From Mytilus californianus (Eukaryota), in contig NW_026262690.1 of NCBI RefSeq assembly GCF_021869535.1, forward strand, positions 79,112,001-79,176,000: DNA of 64,000 bases. Direction: 5' to 3'. Made by a program: the position numbers and the translations under genes. Under the pieces are notes generated by a model. The model made no database searches. It was not told where the DNA came from and saw only the letters and a list, made by a program, of their open reading frames with translations. Shown here piece after piece: positions 1-12,500 of this stretch; positions within the stretch are counted from its first letter, which is position 1, and each line of letters opens with the position of its first letter.

Positions 1-686
1 TATTTCGTCTTAGATTTTATGCATAAAAAATTCCCAATTTGATGTTCAAAGGACCCATTTGAAAACACCTGGAATCATCCCTGGTTTTTACAGACATCTT
101 AACAGAAGAGGAACATTTATGACCCATTGAGATATAAATTCCTACCCATTGATATATTACCACCATGAAATTGCATTCCATTGACATAATTGACATTCCA
201 CAACAGTGACCCATACCAGCAGCACGTCTGTGTATACCTTTGACTTTGTATTGGAAGAAACCTTCCGCAAGAATTTACTGACCCATATTGTCAGATCATA
301 TGATTTCGTACGTCATATGAATTCATACTATGCATGCTTTTTCAATGGAAATTGTGACTCACAATGCATTCTTAATAGCACAAAAACCCATGAGACGAGG
401 ATATATAACTTATTAGGACAGTAGCACACTGTGTAACTTATATTATTAAGGTCACTGTTTATACACTGGCAGTGTTTTCGTATGTTTGCAGTTCATAAAT
501 GTCAAAGTATGTGTGTCATGTTTTTTTTATTATATATTTTGTTTCCTAATTAAATAGATAATGTCAGCATTCTGACAACGCTACTGCAATATAATGCATT
601 TTATAACAAAATAAAATAGTTGAGACAGCTTATTCTAAGTGAACTGCAAGCTGGGGATATATTTTATCAATATTCTATTCTCCATC

Positions 687-800
687 ACTTACGTAGGCTC
701 TTTTTTCGTTCCGGTAAAGTAAATATTCGAGTCTGGGCACCTGCTTTTGTCGATAGCAACACCCGCCTTAGTTACTTGTAACGAAATATTTGATTGGTCA
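687..800 (-). promoter_or_regulatory. Candidate promoter and short first exon of a leftward gene, divergent from PLB-A
   Basis: On the - strand: CCAAT box (793-797), GGCGGG GC-box (762-767), CCGGAA ETS-like site (709-714), then a consensus donor AC|GTAAGT (intron would start at 692). No downstream coding exon identified. Confidence 0.25.
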
Positions 801-1185
801 ATAAATAAAAGAGTGAATTTTAAAGGGAAGTAATATACAAAAATATTTTTGTCATCTGCTGTTCTCTTCAATGATACAGAGATTACAAAAACAGTTAAAA
901 GGCGTCTTATAAAACACTTTTGAATTTACATTTTACATGTATTTCAAACTCCTATATGTTTTCAAAAGTTTTAGAAAGGGATTTTATTGGTCTATAAAAT
1001 ATCTTGAATTAACTGTTTTAAAATCAAAATCTTCATTTCTGTCCTGTCAGTACAATAATTTCATAATTCTAAATTATATTTAAAACTACTTATATTCTTA
1101 TTAATACCGATTCTTCCAATTGGTATGTGTCCAAACTGTGACACAAAAAGCGAAAACGACACTGATACAACTCTAAAACAGATGG

Positions 1186-2388
1186 TTTTTGTCGAGCCTC
1201 CGACTTTTGTCGCAGAAAGCTCGACATAGGGATAGTGATCCGGCGGCGGCGGCGTTAGCTAACGTCTTAAAAGCTTTATATTTTAGAAGCTAGAAGACTT
1301 GGATGCTTCATACTTTGTATATAGATGCCTTATGTTACGAAGTTTCCGTCTGTCATATGTCCATTTTCCTTGACCTCATTTTCATGGTTCAGTGACTACT
1401 TGAAAAAAAGTCAACATTTTTTGTAATGTTAATTTCTTTCTTATTATGGGTAATAGGATAACTATATTTAATATGTGCGTACCTTGCAAGGTCCTCATGC
1501 CCGTCAGACAATTTTCATTTGACCTCGACCTCATTTCATGGATCAGTGAACAAGGTTAAGTTTTCGTGGTCAAGTCCATATATCAGATACTATAAGCAGT
1601 AGGTCTACTATATTTGGTATATGGAATGATTGTAAGGTGTACATGTCCAACTGGTAGGTGTCATCTGACCTTGACCTCATTTTCATGGTTCAGTGGTCAA
1701 AGTTAAGTTTTTGAGTTTTGGTCTTTTTTTCTAATACTATATGCAATAGGTCAACTATATTTGGTGTATGGAAATATTTTATGATGTATAAGTCAGTCTC
1801 GCAGGTTTTATTTGACCTTGACCTCATTTTCAAGGTTACTTTTCTCAGTGTTAAGTTTTTGTGTTTTGGTCTGTTTTTCTTCAACTATAAGCAATAGATC
1901 AACTATATTTGTTGTATGGAAGGATTGTAAGGTGGATGTGTCTGTCTGGCAGGTATCATCTGACCTTGACCTCATTTTCATGGTTCATTGGTCAATGTTA
2001 AGTTTTCATGGTTAAGTTTGTTTCTTAGATACTATAAGCAATAGGTCAACTATATTTAATGCATAAATTGATTGTAAGGTGTACATGTCTGTCTGGCATG
2101 GTGCATCTGACCTTGAACTCATTTTCATGGTTCATTGGTCAATGTTAAGTTTTCTTGGCTAAGACTGTTTCTTATAAACTATAAGCAATAGGTCAACTAT
2201 ATTTGGTTTATTGAATGATTGTAAGGTGTACATGTATTTCTCGTTTGGTTTATCTGACCTTGACCTCATTTTCTTGGATCATGTTAAGTTGATGTGTTAC
2301 TTGTAGTTAAGCTTTATATTTAGGACTATCAACATAAAATCAATGGTTAGTAAAGAAGGCGAGACATTTCAGCGTGTGCCCTCTTGTT
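1186..2388 (+). mobile_element. Helentron-associated (HINE/Pearl-like) non-autonomous element with an internal ~147-bp tandem array
   Basis: Starts in a T-run with an inverted pair TGTCGAGC...GCTCGACA and a (GGC)n microsatellite. GACCTTGACCTCATTT-like anchors at ~1368, 1521, 1667, 1814, 1962, 2109 and 2256 (146-148 bp apart from 1521 on). Ends ...CTCTTGTTTT. Family name comes from general knowledge of bivalve repeats. Confidence 0.75.
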
Positions 2389-3515
2389 TTTGCTTTCTAT
2401 TGCTATATTTGAACCAGGATTTGTATAGTAACTATACAAATCCTTGATTTGAATATATAAATCGTTATGGTCACTGAATACATGATTAGAAATTAAAATC
2501 CGAGAGACATGTTTTGAAAGTCACACTCCTTCTTTGTTAATATTTGAAAACCCAGAGAAATAACTCTTTGACTTTTTATAAATTATACTAAATTTATTAT
2601 TGTATAGAAAAGTACATTTTAAAATTGTTGGAAAATCATACGTCCCTTTTCTTGTTCATCAACATTAAAGATTTTGCACAAAATTATGCAGTTTCGTTAA
2701 ATATTTGTCAGTTGACGTTGAGTAACAAAGTGGCGGGAAATTTAATCAAGGAACAAATCAAAGGAGAGTGGTTACAACATTATAAACAGCTAGGAACGAC
2801 ACACGAATAAAACATTTTTAATGAAACTGTAAAAGATAAAGATAACTTTAAAAGATTAAACATGTTCGTGAATGATATGAGTATTTAGGAATTTTTTCTA
2901 TATCTTATTTTTCTGCTTCCTTTCTGTTTTATGTCAATCTGATTGAAAAATTCTGATGGTTTTATGTCCGTATGAGACAAGATTCTACTCTGTCTATACC
3001 TGAAACAGCCACACTTGAACATAATTATTATTATTTAAAACTATATCTATCTGTACACAGATTAAAACATATTCAAAACAATCCAGATATCTTTAATACA
3101 AAATCGTTGACATAAAGACAGGATAATTAGTGTCATCAGAATTCTTTATAATAATGCACATGTAAACCTTACATATCATATCAGGTTTGTCATCGCTTGG
3201 CGTGAACTGTGCGTAATTAGCACTTCAAACTCTGAGCGGACCAGAAAAAGATGTTTCGAGATGCACATCCAATTGTATAAAATTGGGCATATTAGAGATT
3301 GTAGTATCCTCTATCAGTTCAAAATATTTGGTATCAGTAGGACTGATAAAATAAACTTTCACATGCGTAATGATAATAACAGATTGTTTGATATTGACAC
3401 AATTGTTAACTTGTGACACGTTGTGTAAAGATTCATATCAATTGACCTGAGCATAAGTAAACATACACACATTTTAACTACACCGTCCATTCGACCAAAG
3501 AGATCCTTCACTGGG

Positions 3516-6500
3516 ATGAAGTTTTTCTCCATCCTCTGCAGCACTTTGGTTGTAGCTCACACATTCGGTAAGTAAATTTCTCCCATTATTTTTATGTTGA
3601 TATGTATGATGAAACTGATGAAATTTTAATGGAAATTAATGTTTTTGATGAAATTATATTGTGAAGTTCCAAATACAAACTTAAAAATTAAAGCAATATT
3701 AAAAAAAACAAAACAAAAAGATGAAAATTTGTGATATTTAGTAAATCTTTAGGGAATCTTTATTATTTAATAATAAAATTTATTTAAAATCCTAAATATA
3801 AATATTTTTTAAAGCTTTCAGATATGACGACTATAAACAGTTCATAGAACAACAGTCAAAAAACGCAACGTTCGTAAAACTATTTGATCAACATGTTCAA
3901 CGATTCAAGGAAGCACAATTGAAGTCAAAAGTAGTAAGTTTTTAATTCTTTAAACTCTTTTATGTTATTGTTGTGTTGCTGTATTAAAAACATAGACCCA
4001 AGACCTCCTTTTAGTCGAATTTAGTACAACTATCACAAATAAGTGCAAATACAGACCCCTTGTCGTATTCACAACACTTGGCACTATTCTTATAAAGGAA
4101 AGGATTTTTAGAATCTGATATTTTAGTACAAGTTGGAAGTTAAAGCCAATTGCAATGTACTCTTTCCTTGAAAATGACTTCTGACTTCATATTTTTGGGT
4201 TATTTGTTGCGTTGGTTTGATGTCATATTGACGTATATTCGACACTTCCTGTTATTCAAAATAATAACAAGTCATTGCCAGTCTTTATATGATATTTTCA
4301 AACTACCTGTTTATTTTTACTTTTAAAGTTAAATTCTTTGATTTCTAACAATTTTTTTATTCAGAATTTTCAACTATGTATTAATCAACTTCGAAACCTG
4401 AAATAAGTACAGGACAAATACAACGGCAAAAGAACATTGTAATATTCGTCATTATAAATTATCATTATTAGAATGATCGATTTCTATAGTCAATATTTCA
4501 CGAAATTCAGAAAAAAATACCAATAGTTTCACGTCTGAACTACAGTATACACTTATTTATATTAATTGTCAACCCCATTGAAATAACAAAATAATGATAG
4601 TTTTTCTTAAATTTGACATCAAGTTCTATAGATTCCGTAAATTATCAAGTTCGCTGTTCACAATGAGAATAGCATAACTATAGACACTATACTTAATGAT
4701 TCGTTGCAACTGGGAATAATAACATATTATGTCTCGGGTTACAAAAAGCGTAGTTTATTAAAAAAATGTTTGATTTAACAACATATAAATAAAAATAAAA
4801 TGCACATAACTAGTCGAACATATACCTATGAGTTAATTTTAAAAAGCCAGTTCGACGACCATAGTTCCAATGAGTATTTTATGAAATAAACTGTAGCTAT
4901 TTCATGAGTTTTTTTTAAACTCCGGGTTACTCATCGATCGCAGCTTCAAATGATTTGCGATTCTTATATTCCGGTACAAAAATATACATTTATGGTGCTA
5001 TCGTATTCTTGTTTTATTCTTATTAAATAAAATTTTATAAAAGATGGTTGTTATGCAGGTTCCAGTTTGAAGAAAACCCCACTTCCAAATGAACTATGTA
5101 CACCACATTATGAGACGCGGATCATTAGTCAAAATTATTGTATTTAAGCAGCGCCTGAAATATTCCAGAACCTCAATAATTCGATTTGAGGATATCCTGA
5201 AATCGAATTATGGAGGTCCTGAAATAATTGTGAACTTAATCTAATATTCAAGGCTATCCTGAAATTGTATTGTGGAGGTCCTGAAATGTATAGTTATCGA
5301 AGTCCATCAAAATGGATTTTTTGGATTACCTGAAATATTTAAGGACCTCCTGAAATAAAGCAATTTTGACCGATTATTTGTACAGGTCTTGAAATATTTC
5401 AGGATATGCTGAAATCGAATTATAGAGGTCCTGAAATATTTCAGGAGGTCCTCAATTATTAATGAATATCCTGAATTCGAATTATGGAGGTCCTGAAATA
5501 TTTAAGGATATCCTGAAACCAAATAATAGAGGTCCTGAAATATTTCAGGAGGTCCTCAATTATTCATGAATATCCTGTATTCGAATTATGGAGGTCCTGA
5601 AATATTTCAGAATCTCCTTAAATACAATAATTTGGAATGATCCGCTATCCATACCATTGCGCTAAATGACGTTATTCCAAGGACAAGATAAAATGCTTTG
5701 AACATGTACATTTCTAAGAAAATAATAATAAATTTTCAATTTTAACTCAATGTTTGCAGCATTTAAAACATTATCACACCTATATTCTTTTGACTTGAAA
5801 TAAAATACGTATATGAAAATAAGAAGTGGTATGATTGCCAATGAGACAACTCTCCACCAGAGACCAAATTACGTAGAATTTAACAACTATGATAGTTCAC
5901 ATACATCCGTATGCAAAGAAGAACTCGTACGTAAAATGTTTGAAGCGGCGATCTCATTAGTAAAAAATCCCAATTACTATCAACATTGATCTGTGTCCAT
6001 ACTTGTTTTTGAACAAAGTAGTGACAGAAGAAAAAACGTGAACTCATCGAAAAAACAGGCAAACTAAAAATGACTACTTACGAATCAATCAAAAACATGT
6101 TTAGCAGAAAATATATAAAAACCCTTTTAACTTTATTGGCGTATATAACTTTTCGAGAATGTATCTTTAAATATATGTTTTTTTTTTAAGAAACTTGAAT
6201 TTCCATGCCAACCATTCCAGAAACCAAAAGAAGCCACGAATGGTATGTAACAGATAAAACAATTAAATAGACAAAAATAAAGGTAGTATGTAAGAAAAAT
6301 CTTGAATTAGTACATGTAGGTCCAACCATTACAGAAACCAAAAGAAGCCACGAATAAGATGTAAGAGAGCAAAAATCGAAATAGACAAAAATAAAGTTTC
6401 TATGTTAGAAAACAATAGAGATACATAAATACTAAATTAGTATGTCCCATGTATATAAATGATATCAAAACATCATAACCGGATGCGGATCCATGATTTT

Positions 6501-9500
6501 GGAAAAAGGGGGCCCTTTACTATATGATCCATATCCCCAGATCTAGATTTTTTCTGGAAAAAGGTTTATAAATTGTTAAATCACTGTATATTTTCCTTTT
6601 CTAAATGTTTTCGGTTGTTTTGCCTTTAGCACTATATCCACAGAACTTAATTGCTTCGTCTTTTATATAGTTTTTTTTTCATTTTCAATTTAGGATGACC
6701 TTGGATAGACTCCAAATGATAAAAAGTCAAATCCTTGATCAGGTCATGGTCAAAACAAAATTTATCCGGTTAGTCGTTCACATAACCAGACGAAGTACAA
6801 TGTATAAAAAGTAATCAAGTTTACGCAATAAATTCTTTGGAAGAATTAGATCCATAGATATTAAAACTACAAATTCTTCCAGTGATGTCGACAAAAAATT
6901 ATCACTAAAATCTGTTTATTTTTAACAAACCGCTAAATACAGAAATATTATCAGATGTACACTCTTATCACATATTTAATTGTAATCAAATTCGATAACA
7001 TGAATTATTACTATATCAGACATTTGTAGATCATGTAATAAGGTCAATTAATATAAAAATAATATAAACTGTATCGAAATCAGATTGCATTCCAGAGATA
7101 TTGATAAATGTTTTAGATATAAGTTAGATTCTGCATGGTAACAAATATAACCCTGACTTCATTGCAAGTTGTTGCTTCCGTGTTTGGTGGTTTTGCAGTC
7201 TGTCGTATGTCATTTGAGATTATCAGAGTACCAAAGCGACACTTCTTAAAAGGAAATAAAAAAAACTGTCGATGTTAAAAGAAAATCTCAGAAGTAAAAC
7301 ACTTTGGCTTAGTTAGTTACAACCAACATTTTAGCATAATTATCTAAAAAGGTTTAAAAAGTAACCATCCTGTTGTCGTTGGTTGATGTCTGTTTCCGTT
7401 GGTTGATGCCTGTTGTCGTTGATTGATGTCTGTTGCATTCGTTTTTTGTTTATGGTTTTGTCATACATCAGGTTTTTCCGAATTGTTTTACATTTTGTCA
7501 TGTCGGGGCCTTATATAGCTGTCTACACGGTTTTGGTTTTGCTTATTATAGAAGGCCGTATGATGACATATAGTTGCTTAAATCCACGTCATTTGGACTC
7601 TATTGGATGTTGCTTCATTGACAGTCATTCCACATCTACTTATTTTATATAATGATATTATAGACGGAAATTTTTATGTAGTTATGCATGTTCATATCAT
7701 TAAATAACAAAATATCACATTGTTGTCCGATAATTAACTTTTTGAGAATAGCCAAGATATTCTGGTCTAAAGAATCGACAAGATGGTATCAGTAAAAAAG
7801 TATGAATTAAGAATATTGTTGAAGATTCGTTGGTAATAATTTCTGTGGTTCAAAACATGCTTCTATGAAATCTGCCCAAAGAGTCTAAATAGTCGTAAAA
7901 GAAGAAACGTGTAAATGGTTCTCTTTTTAGCAAATCATTTCTACTAACTTTTAAAGTGCGAGCAAACACTGACAACAGCCCCGTTTAAGGTCTATGATTC
8001 GTTAAAGGAAACGCCAAACAATATTCGGACCAAAACAAAATAGAAGTTGGACAATCAAAACATATGGGCAAGATTCCAAGAAAGTTTCTTTGATTTATGA
8101 TTAGGGGTTTAGGAGAAGCGGATACAAACGTGTTTGATCAATAAAAAAAAGTTTGGTAAAAATCAAAATAGAGTTGACATGAAGCAAAACAATTTGTCTG
8201 CACGAGAAAGAATTATACTGTATAACCCTAAATGTTTGTCTTGCATCGTACTGTTCTTTATGTTTTTAATTAAAGAGCTTATCGCTGTCCTAACATCTTG
8301 GAATTAAACCACCACAATCTACCAATTGGATAGTCCTCTTTAAAGTTCCTTGCAACGTTTCTTATTCTTTTCCGAATACTTAATCTGCAATCCAGATACA
8401 ACATAAATCACTGTATAGATAAAACTATGGTATATCCATTAAATTTTGTTATATCAAGAGGAGGAGGGGCTGTTTTCAGTGGACCAAACTGCTTGGCTTT
8501 ATCACCTTTTAGTTTTTAGTTCCAAATCTATGTAGCCATAGTTAACGTTAAACTAGTTATTTATAAAGGCTCGTACATTTCAAACTATAAGAACCTAATT
8601 GTAAACAATTAAAAAAGTATGATATAAGATACGAGGTGTATCTGGTTTCTTTTTTAGTTCACGAGCTGACACCCTATGATATTAAGGCCATTGGTGCTTT
8701 TGGAGACTCTATAACGGTAAGTGTCTATATATGTGCAAATCAAACGTTGTTTCAGACAAAAATGATTTTTTTTTCTGATTTTTTTTATTAGATGTGTACT
8801 GAAGATTTAATTACGAACGGATAGACATACCAACTACTATACACGTTCCGCTATTGTAAGCTAGATTAGGGGTGGGGGTAGGGTCGGTGTATAACAATAA
8901 ACTAAAAAAAAGCTAAACGATAATATTAAATTTACACTACAGGCAGGAACAGGCATTACGGCAGGGACTATAATTGGAGTTTTAAGAGAAGACAGAGGAC
9001 TTTCGTGGAGGTATGGTTTATTTCCAATGGAGACATTATTATTTTATTCGTTATCCAAATTTGGTAGACTTGAGAAAACTTGAATCTAATATAGGTTTAC
9101 GAAGGATATGTATTTAAGTTCCATCTTAAATTCGTTTATGAATGATGTAAAATATCTTTACTTTAAATGGATATGAGTTTGGATTGTGTGATGGTTTGTT
9201 TTATAGTCAGGGTTAAGTGTATTCGAAATGAATTGCATGGATATTTGAAGTGAAAAAAGAAGAATATAACAATTTATAAAATTCGCGCGTCCGAAGCGTT
9301 TTTCTGGATTTGTTTTATCGGGAACGCTCAAAGCCAAACATTTGAAAGTCAGGGACGTATAAACACATAATAACGTTGGTAGATATATGAATATTAGGTA
9401 TATGGGATGTTGGTTATAGTTTTCATCGATACATGGATTTTTTAGTAAATCTATTGAAATCAAATTAACACTATTAGCTATTTATCATATTGTTATATAA

Positions 9501-12500
9501 AGGCAATTTTTCTTTAATACATTTTGACTGTCGATTTAAGACTTGAACACAGAATATTTCTTTACCAAAGTTTTGAGGGAAAATTAAAATTGTACTACCT
9601 TATATGCTTGTATATCGCTAAGAAACTGACAAAATCTGCATTCAGTTTTACACAAATATTACCTTCAAACTTTGATGTTTCAGTGGAGGTGGAGATGGTA
9701 ATGTTGAGGAATACATCACTCTACCAAGTAAGCATACAAACTATGTGTTTTTCTTTCTCCCAAATAGCAAATTTTGATGTTTGATATCATAAGTTCTGTA
9801 TAATATATAGTCGTATATTTACTTTTCCGATCTACCACTTTTTACCAATAAAGTTATGTATAATAATAGACAAAAAGTCAATTTTCATATCTTAAAATGC
9901 ATACGTTCTCGTAAAATCCGGGTGTAAGTGGTGTTTTGATTTTTTTCGTTTGTTTCAAAGTTAAGTGTACCGCATACTGTATATACAATCCTTTACTCTG
10001 TGGGATTGTTTTATCTTAAACTTTGTAATTTTCATAATGAAAAAGGATACTTTATGACGGACGTATAAAATGTATAAATCTATGCATAATATTGATTTGG
10101 TAAATGTTACTAGTATGTGCATTTATACACACTAATGTCGTTATTTTAATTCTTTGTTTTTAGATATGATAAAGAGATATAACCCAGATCTTAAAGGATA
10201 TGCTACAGGTTGGGGTCCGTACTGGTTTCCAAATGCACATCTGAATGTTGCCATACCTGGGGAAAAGGCGAGGTTTGTTATAAATTTTTTTCCTTAAAGA
10301 AAAAAAACTTCATTAAATCATGCATTTTTTCAGTCAATTCTGTTCTGTACAGGTATGATTCTCTGTTTTATATCGGAGCACTCCCACTTGGGATTGAGGT
10401 TTGACACTTTACAAATATTTACAAGGATATTTACATAGTCTGATGGGATGCTAAAATTAAACAAAGTTTTATATATGTGTGCTTCAACAAATGAGATTTT
10501 ATTTATTATCAATTATATATCAATTTAGATATTGCAATATTAAAGTGTTTCATTATACCTAAAAAAATGTGAAAAAGAGCGGTGAAAAAAATGATCAATA
10601 AAAACGATGATGGCATCATTTAATGACCTTTTTTTCTCTGTATATACAGGAAAATTTCTATATCTTACATCTCTATCAATTTTAAATGTTTATCTTCAGC
10701 GATATGCCAAACCAAGCCAGAATGCTGGTAGACAGATTGAAGTCTGAACAAGGTGTCGACTACCAAAATGACTGGAAAGTCATAACACTTTTCATTGGTG
10801 GCAACGATTTGTGTGACTTCTGTGAAGATAGGGTAATTATTTTCTTTTCCTCATAAAAATGCCACACAGAGAGGCGTAACACTCATTACAATGGCACCGG
10901 AAAGAGATAGACAAAGGTGCTAATATACAATTTAAAAAACTCCGATCAATAAGTAATAAATAATAAAAAAAACTCTCAAAAAATCCAATACTAGTAAGTG
11001 GCAGTTTTCTTTCGCAAATCACTTTTAAAAACAGTACACTGATTGTGTAAGTAAGTTCCAGCTTCATGACTGCTGGAAGTTGGACAATACTAACTTTCAT
11101 GGAGGTACTCTTAGTGTTATGACAGTTCTAAACACTTTGTCAAAGATAACTCTAGGTATACCAACTTAATTTAAAATACACTAGTAAATAATAGTTTACG
11201 ACACCATCCAAAGAAAAAAAAATCCATTTTTATTTACTTTTCTTGTTTAGTCGACTTTTATTAAACTTTCCATTAACACATTTAGGGGTACTTTAAAATG
11301 CATTTGATTTCAAAACGCACAGAATCACAAGTAAATTATGCTGAAAGTCAAAAGAAGATGAGTTTGACCTGCATGTAAAATATGAAAGGTGTCTTTAAAT
11401 ATGTTTTCACATATATACTAATAAATAGAAAATATTGTATTTCCTTTTCGGTATCTCGCTCGTATCAACTCGAAACACCATAATAATCCCGAGAGCTCTC
11501 CTGAAGGGTTTATATTGGTTGAGGACTGAAACAGTCTGTGATATTGAAAAACTGAGCCATATCATATACATTTTATCATATACTTAAAAATTCACATGAC
11601 ATATACGCGTTATACGGATAAGAGGTTTCATAAAGCCTTTATATCCCTTACTGATATCGATATCATTTCGCGGACGGATGGATGATACAAAACGATTGTC
11701 ATTGATTGTATTGCACACAAAATTTACTTGTATTACCCAGAAATGTAATTTGTATTTACTACTAAGTATATGATGAATATGTGTTTATCTATCTATAACT
11801 TTATATTCAGGAGGCATACTCAGCAGAAAATTATATTGGCTACATTCGAGAGGCATTAGACATTTTACACGCTGAAGTTCCAAGAGCTTTTGTAAATTTA
11901 GTAGAAGTTCTCAATATAGGATTTGCATCAACACTACGCGAAGGATTCGTATGTGATACTATTCAGCTGTAAGTTAAATAAAATATTTCATTTAGTAGTT
12001 TATTGGTGGGGTTCGTGTTGCGCAATCTTTAGTTTTGTGAACTTGTTTGATTTTTCATCGTCTTTCTTTTTTTGTCATGGCGTTGTCAGTTTCTCTCGAC
12101 TTATGAGTTTTGAATGTCTCTTTCGTATCGTCTGCCTCTTTTTGTAATGGTTACTACACCAAAAGAATTGTGTTTTGATAGTTACTGCACCAAAAGAATT
12201 GTGTTTTGATGGTACTGCACCAAAAGGATTGTGTTTTGATGGTACTGCACCAAAAGGATTGTGTTTTGATTGTACTGCACCAAAAGAATTGTGTTTTAAT
12301 GGTTACTGCACCAAAAAAATTGTGTTTTGATGGTTATTGTACCAGAAGAATTGTGTTTTAATGGTTACTGCAACAAAAGAATTGTGTTTTAATGGTTACT
12401 GCACCAAAATAATTGTGTTTTGATGAAAGCAAGGGATTTTAGATATGTGTTCATGAGATTTCAAATGATAATAAAAAACGGAAACAGTGCATTTGTATTG

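Noticed and set aside
1-424. GC-richer, coding-looking stretch with ORFs 17..214 and 206..424
   Set aside because: Every frame I translated over a longer span has stops, also under the mitochondrial code, and no motif was recognised; at most a degenerate remnant.
8865-8890. G-rich run GGGGTGGGGGTAGGGTCGG in PLB-A intron 4 as a G-quadruplex
   Set aside because: Only three full G3 tracts and no counterpart in paralog B.
12146-12424. Regular 30-bp array as a CRISPR
   Set aside because: No unique spacers, eukaryotic intron context, no cas genes.
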